Assembly (NCBI GenBank): GCA_039809045.1
Contig: JBDHUG010000001.1
Location: 1 to 64,000 of the forward strand
Direction of reading: 5' to 3'
From: Gemmatales bacterium
GTDB lineage: Bacteria > Planctomycetota > Planctomycetia > Gemmatales > HRBIN36
Length of the DNA stretch: 64,000 nucleotides
The notes beneath the pieces are model-generated. The model saw nothing but the letters and a program-made list of their open reading frames with translations. It ran no database searches and was not told the DNA's origin. The stretch's first letter is position 1, and each line of letters begins with the position of its first letter. A program made the translations under genes and the position numbers. This document shows, one piece after another, positions 29,201 to 37,285 of the stretch.

Positions 29201-31607
29201 CACGGTTCCATTACCAACCCCAGAGCAGTTGAGCACTAAGTCGATTCCTCCGCGTATTTTGGTGCTTGGGAAGAAGGATCCGACCGATGCCGATTTCACA
29301 CGCTGGTTGGCCAATGAGTTAGATCAACAGATCGTATTGATCAATCGGCCCGATGAATTCACACAAGTCTACGACGGTCTCAAAAACGTTCCCAAAGAAT
29401 TGACCACCGGGAAGCTGCAAGCTTTTAGAGCCGAATGCTTGCTCGAAGGCTCACACACCGATCTGGCGCAGGCGCTGACGTTGGCGGATGAAGCCATGCG
29501 TTTGGGAGATGCTCCTGCGTACGCAAAATATGTCCGCAGCCGGGCTTTGCAAGCAGCCAAGGAACCTATCAGGGCGGCGGCTTTGCTCGCAGAATCGCTG
29601 CAAAGCGATGTGTCGCTGCATGGATATCGCAAAACGCGTGCAATGGCGATATTCAATGACGCTGCTGAACAATTGACCGTGCAAATCGATCACAAGAAAC
29701 TATCGGCACGCTCATCAGCAATGGCCAATGACTTGGCTTGGCTCAAGCAAGCACAGGCGTTTTTGCAAGCAGCCCCAGATAGCCACTCCATCGATTTGCG
29801 CTTGCATCTTTGCTTGATGGAACCGGACAACTTGCAAAACCTCAATGATCTGCTCACGGAGTCCAATCGACGCGAACTGGCCCGAAGACCGGACGGAACT
29901 TTTTTAGTGGCTAGCCTACTATTTCGCCGGGCTGAAAAGCTAAAGGTCAGTCAACCAGAATCAGCTTTCAAAGACTATGTCGCCTTGGTGCAATGGTTGA
30001 AGGAAGACCGGTATATCAATGAAATCGGCCCGATCGAGTTTTATCAACGCCTCATTCAACCCGCCCTGACGCTTGCCAAGGATTTTCCAGTTGAACAAAA
30101 GAAGACCTATGCAGCTAGCTTAGCTATCCTATATGCGAGCAAAGGCAGGTTGATTTGGAATAATCCTTACGAGTCATGGAATTTCAATCAGCCATCCTAC
30201 CGTGAAGCCGTCTCGGCTTTCACCGAAGCATTGAACAATGAACCGTCACAAGGTTATTTGCGGGCCGAATACCATACTTATCGTGGGCTGAGCCTGACTC
30301 GCTTGGGATTGGACAAACTGACGCCTGTCGATTGGAAAATGCTTGAAACCGATGCGGATGGATCGATCAAAGCCGACCCATCCTTTTCAGGTGGCTGGAA
30401 CCTCAAGGGTTTGGTGCTTTATCAGCAAGCCATGGAACAATACACCATTCCCTTGCTCACCAAATATGCCCAAGAAGCACGTTCAGCATACAATCAAGCC
30501 ATCGATCAAGCCGATACCAGTGGAAAAAATGATGAATTCCTGTCCATCTACTACAGCAATCGCAGTGTGATCGAAGTCCTCATAGGGTATTACGCACCCA
30601 AAGCGGAACGTCGCGGCATCATGGAAAAAGCCGTTCTAGATGGGGAAAAAGCCACACAACTAAGTCGGGAATCAGAAGTGGCCTGGGGGGCTTATGGCAA
30701 TGCCTTGGAAAGCTTGGCCTGGTCTATTGCTGGCGTGGGTGATTCGGATTACTATCCCAAAGCGGATACCGCCTATCAGAAGCAAATCCAATTTCGGCCA
30801 GCCATTCCAGATGGATATATCAATCGCGGGCGGCTGCTTACGAAGTGGATTCTGGATGATCAAGGGGATCGACGCAAAGTGAACGAAGCAGAGCATATGC
30901 TCGAAGAAGCTTTGCGTTTGGATCCAAACCACTGGGAAACGAACTATTGGCTGGGTCGGTTGCGTTTATGGCAAAAGAAGGTGCCCGAAGCGCTGGCGGC
31001 GTTCAATAAAGCTGTTCGTGATCCGCATAAAGGAATCACTAACGCAATACGCCTCGTGTTGCTATTGCAGAACGACCATCCCAAAGAGTTGTTGACTTTG
31101 ATTGATGCCGCCTTGCCAGCCGAGACCAGCAAACGCGAAGCAAAACATGCCATTCTGCTGCTCGAACGAGCTAGATTGTTGTTCCGCCAATTCAAGGATC
31201 AATTACCACAGGCCATGTTGGATGCGGATGCAACGTTGGCATTGGCCGATAGCTCAACGATCAAGGCATGGGCATGCGAAGTGGGCGTTTCGATTCGGTA
31301 TGAACTCGCATTGAAAACCAACAGTGATGAAAAAAAGCGTGAATACCGAGAACAAATCATCGATCGGCTTAAGAAACTGCTGCAATTTGAGCCAGACTTG
31401 CCCGTGGCTTGGGGGGCAGCTCGTCAGTTGGCGGTACTACTCGAGGGCGATGCAACACAAGAGGGCATTTCGGCAGAAAAACGCCGTGAATTGCTGACCG
31501 AAGCACTTTCCTACATCCGAATGGCCATTGATAAGGCTCCAGCAGATCAAAAAGTACCTCTGCAAGAAATTCGCAACGGCTTGCAACAAAAGCTCCAGCA
31601 ATCTTGA
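26292..31607 (+). CDS. Giant membrane protein with tandem N-terminal Ser/Thr kinase domains and a large TPR-like C-terminal domain
   Basis: Kinase 1 has G-loop LGRGGFGEVW, VAFKII, HCDIKPQN, DFG and APE. Kinase 2 has LGRGAYGEVW, VALKII, HRDVKPDN, DFG and APE. A Pro/Ser/Gln/Glu-rich linker leads to a TM helix (WVVLGIVVFGMGIGLAALVLYL). The helical repeat region of about 870 aa (TPR-like) is outside the membrane. Confidence 0.85.
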   Translation: MSRSYKPGDEPVSGYRLARFLGRGGFGEVWQATAPGGTEVAFKIIDLGEKTGSKEWRAIQRVKRIRHPNLVPILAIWLRDEFGDLIPELPSDSKHAYDEQHPSELYLAMGLGDKSLLDRMKECKDQGKPGIPVAELINYIEDAARALDHLHSPKHDLGQGPVSIQHCDIKPQNILIVGDAAQVCDFGLARVLGENRSTANPAVTLAFAAPELLEEGKPGMHTDQYALAVTYYYLRTGMLPFSRNDTNTVMLEALEGRLDLSRLNAGEKTVIQQATARKPSSRFPTCVDMARELRRVVESGGAPRGTMVVEAGTEIVPGHKLVRCLGRGAYGEVWEALAPGRIPVALKIIRDLDRSGGRGKQEFKALEIIQRVSHSGLMELRAYWILDKHGDIIPDEIRGQPGSPAPHTLIIATKLADKNLGQLLDEYQAKNEPGIPPKELIGYLRQVAQALDYLNAPRHRLGERLVSIQHRDVKPDNIMLAGDAVKLTDFGLAKIVEFEEISAEINQDSVGFTFHYAAPEVLRGRVTKWSDQYALAITYYYLRTGTVPFERAGSAYELMMQQLEGRLDLSYLPENERRVIQRATMVQPEKRFHTCAAFIEELDKAIPIDGNAPLPKRPPPRVPHAGMAEGQPIDLPFSQPSVEEMATLAASARASAALAKPTSDEVIESLKITPLRIPPVPSKPLFESLEPGQTGELLREQQAQEQSPPSTDISESPTQKQPSKPIDKDKETHLPQRMLAEQSSEKQPAYKDQDQLEDAVETLMTEPHPDAPMSKTTARRRATMPADELALELPELQPISDLENKPASKSKHRRSESADFQGAPAKTDEAEQGTMFPGAFATIPPTAKIDDRRSSKQRIQAIENEQAKQPKNELEDSAAQSQLIKDWRKQVGTVPPKRSIMRWVVLGIVVFGMGIGLAALVLYLSQWLKLDSTTLAHHSGSAQTNTVPTSKQPGTTATSPHQATQATTRTTVPLPTPEQLSTKSIPPRILVLGKKDPTDADFTRWLANELDQQIVLINRPDEFTQVYDGLKNVPKELTTGKLQAFRAECLLEGSHTDLAQALTLADEAMRLGDAPAYAKYVRSRALQAAKEPIRAAALLAESLQSDVSLHGYRKTRAMAIFNDAAEQLTVQIDHKKLSARSSAMANDLAWLKQAQAFLQAAPDSHSIDLRLHLCLMEPDNLQNLNDLLTESNRRELARRPDGTFLVASLLFRRAEKLKVSQPESAFKDYVALVQWLKEDRYINEIGPIEFYQRLIQPALTLAKDFPVEQKKTYAASLAILYASKGRLIWNNPYESWNFNQPSYREAVSAFTEALNNEPSQGYLRAEYHTYRGLSLTRLGLDKLTPVDWKMLETDADGSIKADPSFSGGWNLKGLVLYQQAMEQYTIPLLTKYAQEARSAYNQAIDQADTSGKNDEFLSIYYSNRSVIEVLIGYYAPKAERRGIMEKAVLDGEKATQLSRESEVAWGAYGNALESLAWSIAGVGDSDYYPKADTAYQKQIQFRPAIPDGYINRGRLLTKWILDDQGDRRKVNEAEHMLEEALRLDPNHWETNYWLGRLRLWQKKVPEALAAFNKAVRDPHKGITNAIRLVLLLQNDHPKELLTLIDAALPAETSKREAKHAILLLERARLLFRQFKDQLPQAMLDADATLALADSSTIKAWACEVGVSIRYELALKTNSDEKKREYREQIIDRLKKLLQFEPDLPVAWGAARQLAVLLEGDATQEGISAEKRRELLTEALSYIRMAIDKAPADQKVPLQEIRNGLQQKLQQS

Positions 31608-31624
31608 TCTGCAGCTTATTTTAA

Positions 31625-33214
31625 CTAACGACAGAGCATGGTGTTGCCGCCATCGAGCGTGTCACCTCGGCGAACGAAGGCGATCTTTTTGGCAGGGTAA
31701 TTGAAAACGATGCGAAAGGATTTCATGAACCCGATGCCGATATTGCCCGCAATATAGGGGTCGGCAAAGGCACCCTTATCCGATTGGGCAAAGCCAACCA
31801 CGGGATGTTCAAAACGAACACCACCCAATTCAAACCATTCCAGAGTACCTTGTTGCATTTTGACCAGGCCACCGACGCCTCCTTGCAGTCGCGGAGTGGT
31901 TTTGCGGTTGACGAGCAGATCATACTCGCGAACAGCCGGGGTATGAAAATCCACGGTTGTATTGGCCCCCGTATCTAAGCGAAAGTAATCTTCGCGGTCA
32001 CCTTCAAAACGGGCCCGCACGGTGGGTAAATTGTGATGGAGTACCAATTCTTGCCATGAACCGCCTACTAATTGATACTGTGCCGGATCATGCACTTCCA
32101 TCTTTGTAGAAACGGGTTCAACTTCAATCAAACATCTTGCGATGAAAGGATAGCCGCAGATTCCAACGATTTTGTGTCCCATTAACGCTGCAAAGGGCTT
32201 CATGTTTAGCTCAATAAAAACAGGGTCACGCAGGACAGCTTGGCCAAGCTGAAATGACTGACCAAGCCGGAAATGGCTGGTTTGATTGCCACCCAGGCCG
32301 ACCATGAGAATGTCACCCATGGCTTCCATGTTCATTTCCTTGGCCACGCTTGGGTCAATGATCATGGCACCTGCCCCCGAATCGAAAATGAACCATCCCA
32401 TGTCTTTGTCATTCACCAACGCCTTGACCAGCAAGTGACCCGTCGTCGATCGTGTCGTTTCGACTTTAGGCGATCGGTCAGTCTTAAAAGTAATGCTCGT
32501 CGGTTTGGATTTAGGCATGTTGCAAGCCGGTTCTTGAGACAGCTGTTCAGCTTGCTCGATTTCTTTTTTCTCTGTCAAACGATCGTGCCTTTCGATCACA
32601 CGATGGGCTACTGAACGTCCGCCTACCTTGCGATAGTCTTCAAAAATCCAAATGACAGGCCCTGAGGTGGCTAGATATTCGAGCTGTTTAGGAAGCCAGG
32701 TCGTGCGATCCAACTCTAGCTTGGACTTCATTTTGGTGTTCTTCATGTCCACTAAAAGGGAAAGCGTAGGCGATTCCTTGCTCGCAGCAACAAGTTGGAT
32801 ATGCAGTGGGGCTTGTGAATGCAGCCAATAGCCCGAGTGAACCCAATGTACTAGCAATTGCAAATCACGGTCCATCAGTTCGAGCACTTGGGAATAGCCA
32901 TCCGCGTCGGCACGCCAGCATTGCTTCGAATTAAACCCAGATTGGTAACCGAGTCGATGCTCGACCGATTCGACAAACGTACCGAATGAACCCATCTGCA
33001 ACTGATAGGGCGCCCGAACGCCACGGAAATGTGCTTGGCCTTTGCCTGCCAAGGGAGTCAAACGCCCCGCACCATCCGCAGCCAGTCCTTGGGTTTGTCG
33101 GGCATGGGTTAAGAGTTCATCCAGAGTGATTGGTTTGACAGCATCATCTGCATGGAGCTGCAGACCTAGCATTACGAACAGCAGACCCAGCGTAAGGACC
33201 AGCCAGCGGTTCAT
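31625..33214 (-). CDS. Secreted bilobal aspartic protease built from two retropepsin-like domains
   Basis: Signal peptide MNRWLVLTLGLLFVMLGLQLHA; two catalytic signatures, FIFDSGAGAMIID and FRLDTGANTTVDF, each in a domain of about 120 aa. An N-terminal domain of about 230 aa has unknown function. Confidence 0.7.
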   Translation of the reverse strand: MNRWLVLTLGLLFVMLGLQLHADDAVKPITLDELLTHARQTQGLAADGAGRLTPLAGKGQAHFRGVRAPYQLQMGSFGTFVESVEHRLGYQSGFNSKQCWRADADGYSQVLELMDRDLQLLVHWVHSGYWLHSQAPLHIQLVAASKESPTLSLLVDMKNTKMKSKLELDRTTWLPKQLEYLATSGPVIWIFEDYRKVGGRSVAHRVIERHDRLTEKKEIEQAEQLSQEPACNMPKSKPTSITFKTDRSPKVETTRSTTGHLLVKALVNDKDMGWFIFDSGAGAMIIDPSVAKEMNMEAMGDILMVGLGGNQTSHFRLGQSFQLGQAVLRDPVFIELNMKPFAALMGHKIVGICGYPFIARCLIEVEPVSTKMEVHDPAQYQLVGGSWQELVLHHNLPTVRARFEGDREDYFRLDTGANTTVDFHTPAVREYDLLVNRKTTPRLQGGVGGLVKMQQGTLEWFELGGVRFEHPVVGFAQSDKGAFADPYIAGNIGIGFMKSFRIVFNYPAKKIAFVRRGDTLDGGNTMLCR

Positions 33215-33260
33215 GGGCCACCTTGGGAGTTGTGTTTTTTTACAGGTCAAGGATGTCGAT

Positions 33261-33788
33261 TCACTTCGACTTCAGGGATTGCAAATACTGCAAAACCGGT
33301 TCGGCTTCCTTTTTCCCAGCCTTGGCGTGCGCCAAGAGAGGAATACCGTGGGGTCCCTTGGCTTGAAGCAGTGAAGGCTGTGCCGTCACCATCGCTTTTA
33401 CAGCATCGAGCCAGCCCAGCATCGTAGCGGCAAAAAGGTCGACACGGGCACCCTTGCCGATGAGGAATTCGGCAATGTCGCGCCTGCCCATGTGGGCTGC
33501 ACCACCCAAGGCGGATTCCCAATCGCCCCCGCCCCAATCCATGGTCGTATTGAGGAGGGCGGGTTCTTTCTCAAGCAGGGTTTGGACCATATCCAGGTCG
33601 TAATGGGCAAATAGCACAAAGTCCTGAATGAGGGTGCTATTCAATCTGGGCTTCTTTAATTGCGGCTTAAATTTGGGTGCGGGGTAATCGCGTTTGATCT
33701 CTTCATCCATCGGCACGGCTGCAACAGTGGGAGCCAGGCAGCCAAGAGCCATGGCAGCATGGAATGCTCGGCGATGGAACAACGCCAT
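33261..33788 (-). CDS. Secreted ankyrin-repeat protein
   Basis: Signal-peptide-like N-terminus (AAMALGCLAPTVAAVP), then ankyrin-type repeats (TLLEKEPALLNTTMDWGGGD...ALGGAAHMGRRDIAEFLIGKGARVDL...TMLGWLDAVKAMV). It ends 10 bp before the start of the downstream protease gene. Confidence 0.65.
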   Translation of the reverse strand: MALFHRRAFHAAMALGCLAPTVAAVPMDEEIKRDYPAPKFKPQLKKPRLNSTLIQDFVLFAHYDLDMVQTLLEKEPALLNTTMDWGGGDWESALGGAAHMGRRDIAEFLIGKGARVDLFAATMLGWLDAVKAMVTAQPSLLQAKGPHGIPLLAHAKAGKKEAEPVLQYLQSLKSK

Positions 33789-33915
33789 GATCGCTACTCC
33801 TAAAGACGGGTTGCAAGCAGTGAGGCAAACCTAAGTGCATGTGTAAGTTAAGCCCATCCCTGCACTCATAGCAAGCGAATTGGGCTAAATGGACGAGGGG
33901 GACAACAGAGCGTCA

Positions 33916-36900
33916 TTAGGGGTCCAACTCTTCCTTTTGCTTGCGTTTTCGCCATTCTTCAATGGCTTTGACATTTTCATCCATCGCGCGAATCAAATCG
34001 CGAAGCACTTGGAGAGCCTGATTGAATTCGATGAGCCGGCGCATTTCGTTCATGATGTCTTCGATCCGCCTAATGAGTTGATCTAACGGGAATTGCGTGG
34101 AAGACCATAATGCAGGGGAAAGGTTTTTCTTGTCTGCTTCCAACTGACGTGCAAACACATCAAAGGCATCTTCTGTTTGATTAAAAAGGTTCCCAGGTTG
34201 CAACAGAATGGCCAGCGGCTGGCATATCTTCTCGTCGATGCGCTCCAACACTTTGATCTGACATCGATTCAAAGCAAGCTCGCGATAGACTTGGCGAAAT
34301 TCACGCAGTACTTTTTCATCCAGCATGAGCCGATGGTGATTAAGGGACTTTTGGAAATCGCTGGCGTCGGCCACAACCCTTTTGAGCTCTTGTTCTGAAT
34401 AGGTTGGAAATTCCGTTTGCATTTTTTGTAGCTGCGTTTTGATCTTTTTCAGTTGTGCAAGCACTTCCTCGCAACGATCTCGCAAGTCTTCTTCACGCTT
34501 GCCGGTTTCGATCATCAAATCCTGCTCATTGACCACAAGGAAATCAAAAGCTTCCAGGCTCATGCTTTCTTGATGCAAAGGCAGGGAATGATCGCCCGAT
34601 TCGTCCCGACGATTGTCCATCGCCACTAAACGAACGACGAGCCGATAGGGTGTGTTGGTGAGTGGCTGCTCCATCGGCTTTTTGAGTGCCGCGCGTATGG
34701 CCAAGGTATCTAAGAATTCATCAGTCACTTTGATGACTGGGCCGAAGAGATTGGCGTCTTGATATTGTGCACGATATTCACGCACGGTTTGCCAATACGG
34801 TTTTGGCCAAAGCCCAGCGGCACCCGTTAATGGCAGCTGCATCATCGCGGAGCAGGTGCGGATTGGGTCGCCGGGCAAACTTGCCAGCAAACGCGACAGT
34901 TCCGGGTCGTTTTGGCGTTCAAAGCGAAACGGTGGGCGATAAGGCTGGGCTAATTGAATCGGTTGAAATTGCCGCATTGGTAGGCGCGTATGATACAACA
35001 GCGTCCTATCCATTTTTTCAAGAGTAACGTCGTAAGCCAATTGCATGAGGCCATGATCATCGCGAACGGTAACGGAAAGCGGCAGAATCGCCTGTGGTGT
35101 GATCATTTTTCGGTTAATCACTTCGAATGCTGCGCGGGCGAATTCAGCAGGCCGGTCGTTTGCACTGGTGATAATGAGTTTGCGCACGGCCATGATACCG
35201 TCGGTATCGATCAGTTCGAGCCGGCAACGCAGATCTTCCTTACCTAAAGGACGCAAGGAAATGGAAAAGTCGGATTGGCCGGGTTGATGGGTCACCGTTC
35301 CAGGCGATTGGGCCAAGGGTTGATCGCTGATGAGCCGAACGGTTTGCAAGTTCTTATACGATTGTCCATCGAGCTGAACGAGCGTGCCCATGGGTGCTTC
35401 TGCGCGCGACTCGTCGCCCTCCAAGGACATGACGAACGGACCCGTAGCGACGCGTTGATTGCTTTCGTGCAAATAGCCTGGCTCCGAATGATAACGGATC
35501 AGTTTTTTCAAGTTGGGCAGCGGCTTCACATCAACTTGATACCAGGGAGTTGCAGCCTCGGCGGTGATGGCTCGAAAGCGAAACGGTTGTTCGATTTTCT
35601 TGAAGTCATAGATGAAATCCATCGTGCCTTCGATGCGTTTGACTTCGGGCTGACCTCGCTTCGCACGAATTTGTCCGCGATCTTCACCCTCAAGCAATTG
35701 TTCGAATTCAATCGTGATCTTGTTGGGCACGAGTAAGCGTCGAAAAGTGCGTCGCCGTAAGGAATGGGATTGATCCGCGCGATGATCCAATTCGTTGAAT
35801 AATTGCAAGAGCTGAATGCGCATTTGATCGCCAAACGCTTCTGCGGACGCGAGCGACTCCAATTCTTCCAAACTTGCCAGGATTTGCTTGATGGGCCGAT
35901 GGCGCCATGCAACGGGCAGTTGCGCTGCTTCGCTGGGCGACAACACCTCCATGGGTAAATCGGTTCCTTGTTGATGGGCGATGCGTTGCAATGTGGCACG
36001 TGCGATCCACGGTACAGGCAGGGCCTGACCCATGAAAGCGATCAGATAAGCGGCATCCTCAGGGATGGGGCGACTGCTCTGCCAAAGCAAACGTTTGCGT
36101 TTGCATTCGTCCGGGGTCCAGCGTTCCGCCAGACGCAGGGATGCTTCCCATTCCGATGCAGTTCGGGTTTGCCAGGCTGCTGGTAAAAATGCTTTCAGTT
36201 CGGTATTGAGCTGCGCACCGCTGGCTAATTGTGACTGCAAATACTGAATATAAGCCAACCCCATTTCCCGGCGATATAGTTCAAACGCTTCTACCGGTTC
36301 AATACGCGCAAAGACCTGATCGAGGTTCAGCTTTTGCCATTCTGGGGGCAAAGCGGCGAAACACCAAGGACTGAACAGGGTGCCTTGCAGTTCCCAAGGA
36401 CGAATTTGGGAAACGGCGCCCTCTGCTGGCATCAGGTCTTTCAGCCAGTGCAACGGACGCCAACCCTCAGGGTCATCATCGGTAGCAACGACCCACTTCC
36501 ACGCACTGATTTTGATCGATAATTCGCTGCCAAAGGGGACGGCTTTGGTCGGTTGTTGCGAGAAATCGGCAATGTATAGAATCGTTCGCCTAGGCCAATA
36601 AGCTTCTTGCAGGAAGACATTCCTTTCGGCCCAGCGGGTGCCAGGGTCTGTGGCGAAGATCATGATGATCAGTCCCAAGACAAATAGCGAGCCTGCACCC
36701 AAGCTGCGTAAACCTAAGCGTTTTCGGTTAAAGACGTCTTGAATAGAAACCTGACGAATGCGGTTTTCGGCTTCCGAAACCGTGACATCTAGCAGCTCTT
36801 GGGAAAGTTCGGTTGGCAGTGGTTTCGATGCTTCGGACAGTTCAATGGCGGTGATCAAGCGATCACCCAGGATATTGGGAAAACGCCTCTCCAAAACCAA

Positions 36901-37269
36901 GGCTAATGAAGCGGGGCTAAATCGAGCCGTTAGGCGATAGATGAGGTGATAAAACAGGATGGTGGCCAAACCACCGATCAGGAATATCCAAGCCAGGATC
37001 CGAGCAACCTTGTGACCAGCGACCAAGCCATCCCGCAAATAATCGATGCCCAACCACTGAAAGAGGAAACTGTAATCGAACAAGAACGAAGCTAAACACC
37101 AGATTCCTGCGAAAATGACTGCCCAGGTCATGCCTTCGAGAAATACATACCAACGGATGCGACGGTCCAACTGAGCCAGCGGCGCAGTCAACGATGCAAT
37201 GGAATGACGTTGCAAAGGCGGTCTATTTTGCAGGGCAGGTGCGGTGGCCATGGTAATGATGATCCTCAA
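33916..37269 (-). CDS. Large membrane-anchored protein (1117 aa) of the BatA/MoxR-associated cluster
   Basis: An N-terminal cluster of TM helices (WYVFLEGMTWAVIFAGIWCLASFLFDY..., ILAWIFLIGGLATILFY), then a largely helical region with a coiled coil at the C-terminus. It is the last gene of the co-directional cluster. Confidence 0.7.
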   Translation of the reverse strand: MRIIITMATAPALQNRPPLQRHSIASLTAPLAQLDRRIRWYVFLEGMTWAVIFAGIWCLASFLFDYSFLFQWLGIDYLRDGLVAGHKVARILAWIFLIGGLATILFYHLIYRLTARFSPASLALVLERRFPNILGDRLITAIELSEASKPLPTELSQELLDVTVSEAENRIRQVSIQDVFNRKRLGLRSLGAGSLFVLGLIIMIFATDPGTRWAERNVFLQEAYWPRRTILYIADFSQQPTKAVPFGSELSIKISAWKWVVATDDDPEGWRPLHWLKDLMPAEGAVSQIRPWELQGTLFSPWCFAALPPEWQKLNLDQVFARIEPVEAFELYRREMGLAYIQYLQSQLASGAQLNTELKAFLPAAWQTRTASEWEASLRLAERWTPDECKRKRLLWQSSRPIPEDAAYLIAFMGQALPVPWIARATLQRIAHQQGTDLPMEVLSPSEAAQLPVAWRHRPIKQILASLEELESLASAEAFGDQMRIQLLQLFNELDHRADQSHSLRRRTFRRLLVPNKITIEFEQLLEGEDRGQIRAKRGQPEVKRIEGTMDFIYDFKKIEQPFRFRAITAEAATPWYQVDVKPLPNLKKLIRYHSEPGYLHESNQRVATGPFVMSLEGDESRAEAPMGTLVQLDGQSYKNLQTVRLISDQPLAQSPGTVTHQPGQSDFSISLRPLGKEDLRCRLELIDTDGIMAVRKLIITSANDRPAEFARAAFEVINRKMITPQAILPLSVTVRDDHGLMQLAYDVTLEKMDRTLLYHTRLPMRQFQPIQLAQPYRPPFRFERQNDPELSRLLASLPGDPIRTCSAMMQLPLTGAAGLWPKPYWQTVREYRAQYQDANLFGPVIKVTDEFLDTLAIRAALKKPMEQPLTNTPYRLVVRLVAMDNRRDESGDHSLPLHQESMSLEAFDFLVVNEQDLMIETGKREEDLRDRCEEVLAQLKKIKTQLQKMQTEFPTYSEQELKRVVADASDFQKSLNHHRLMLDEKVLREFRQVYRELALNRCQIKVLERIDEKICQPLAILLQPGNLFNQTEDAFDVFARQLEADKKNLSPALWSSTQFPLDQLIRRIEDIMNEMRRLIEFNQALQVLRDLIRAMDENVKAIEEWRKRKQKEELDP

Positions 37270-37285
37270 CGGAGCGAAGCGATGC

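Noticed and set aside
28181-29693. Minus-strand ORFs (for example 28553-29029) within the kinase linker region
   Set aside because: They are antisense to the low-complexity Pro/Ser/Gln linker of the 1774-aa protein.
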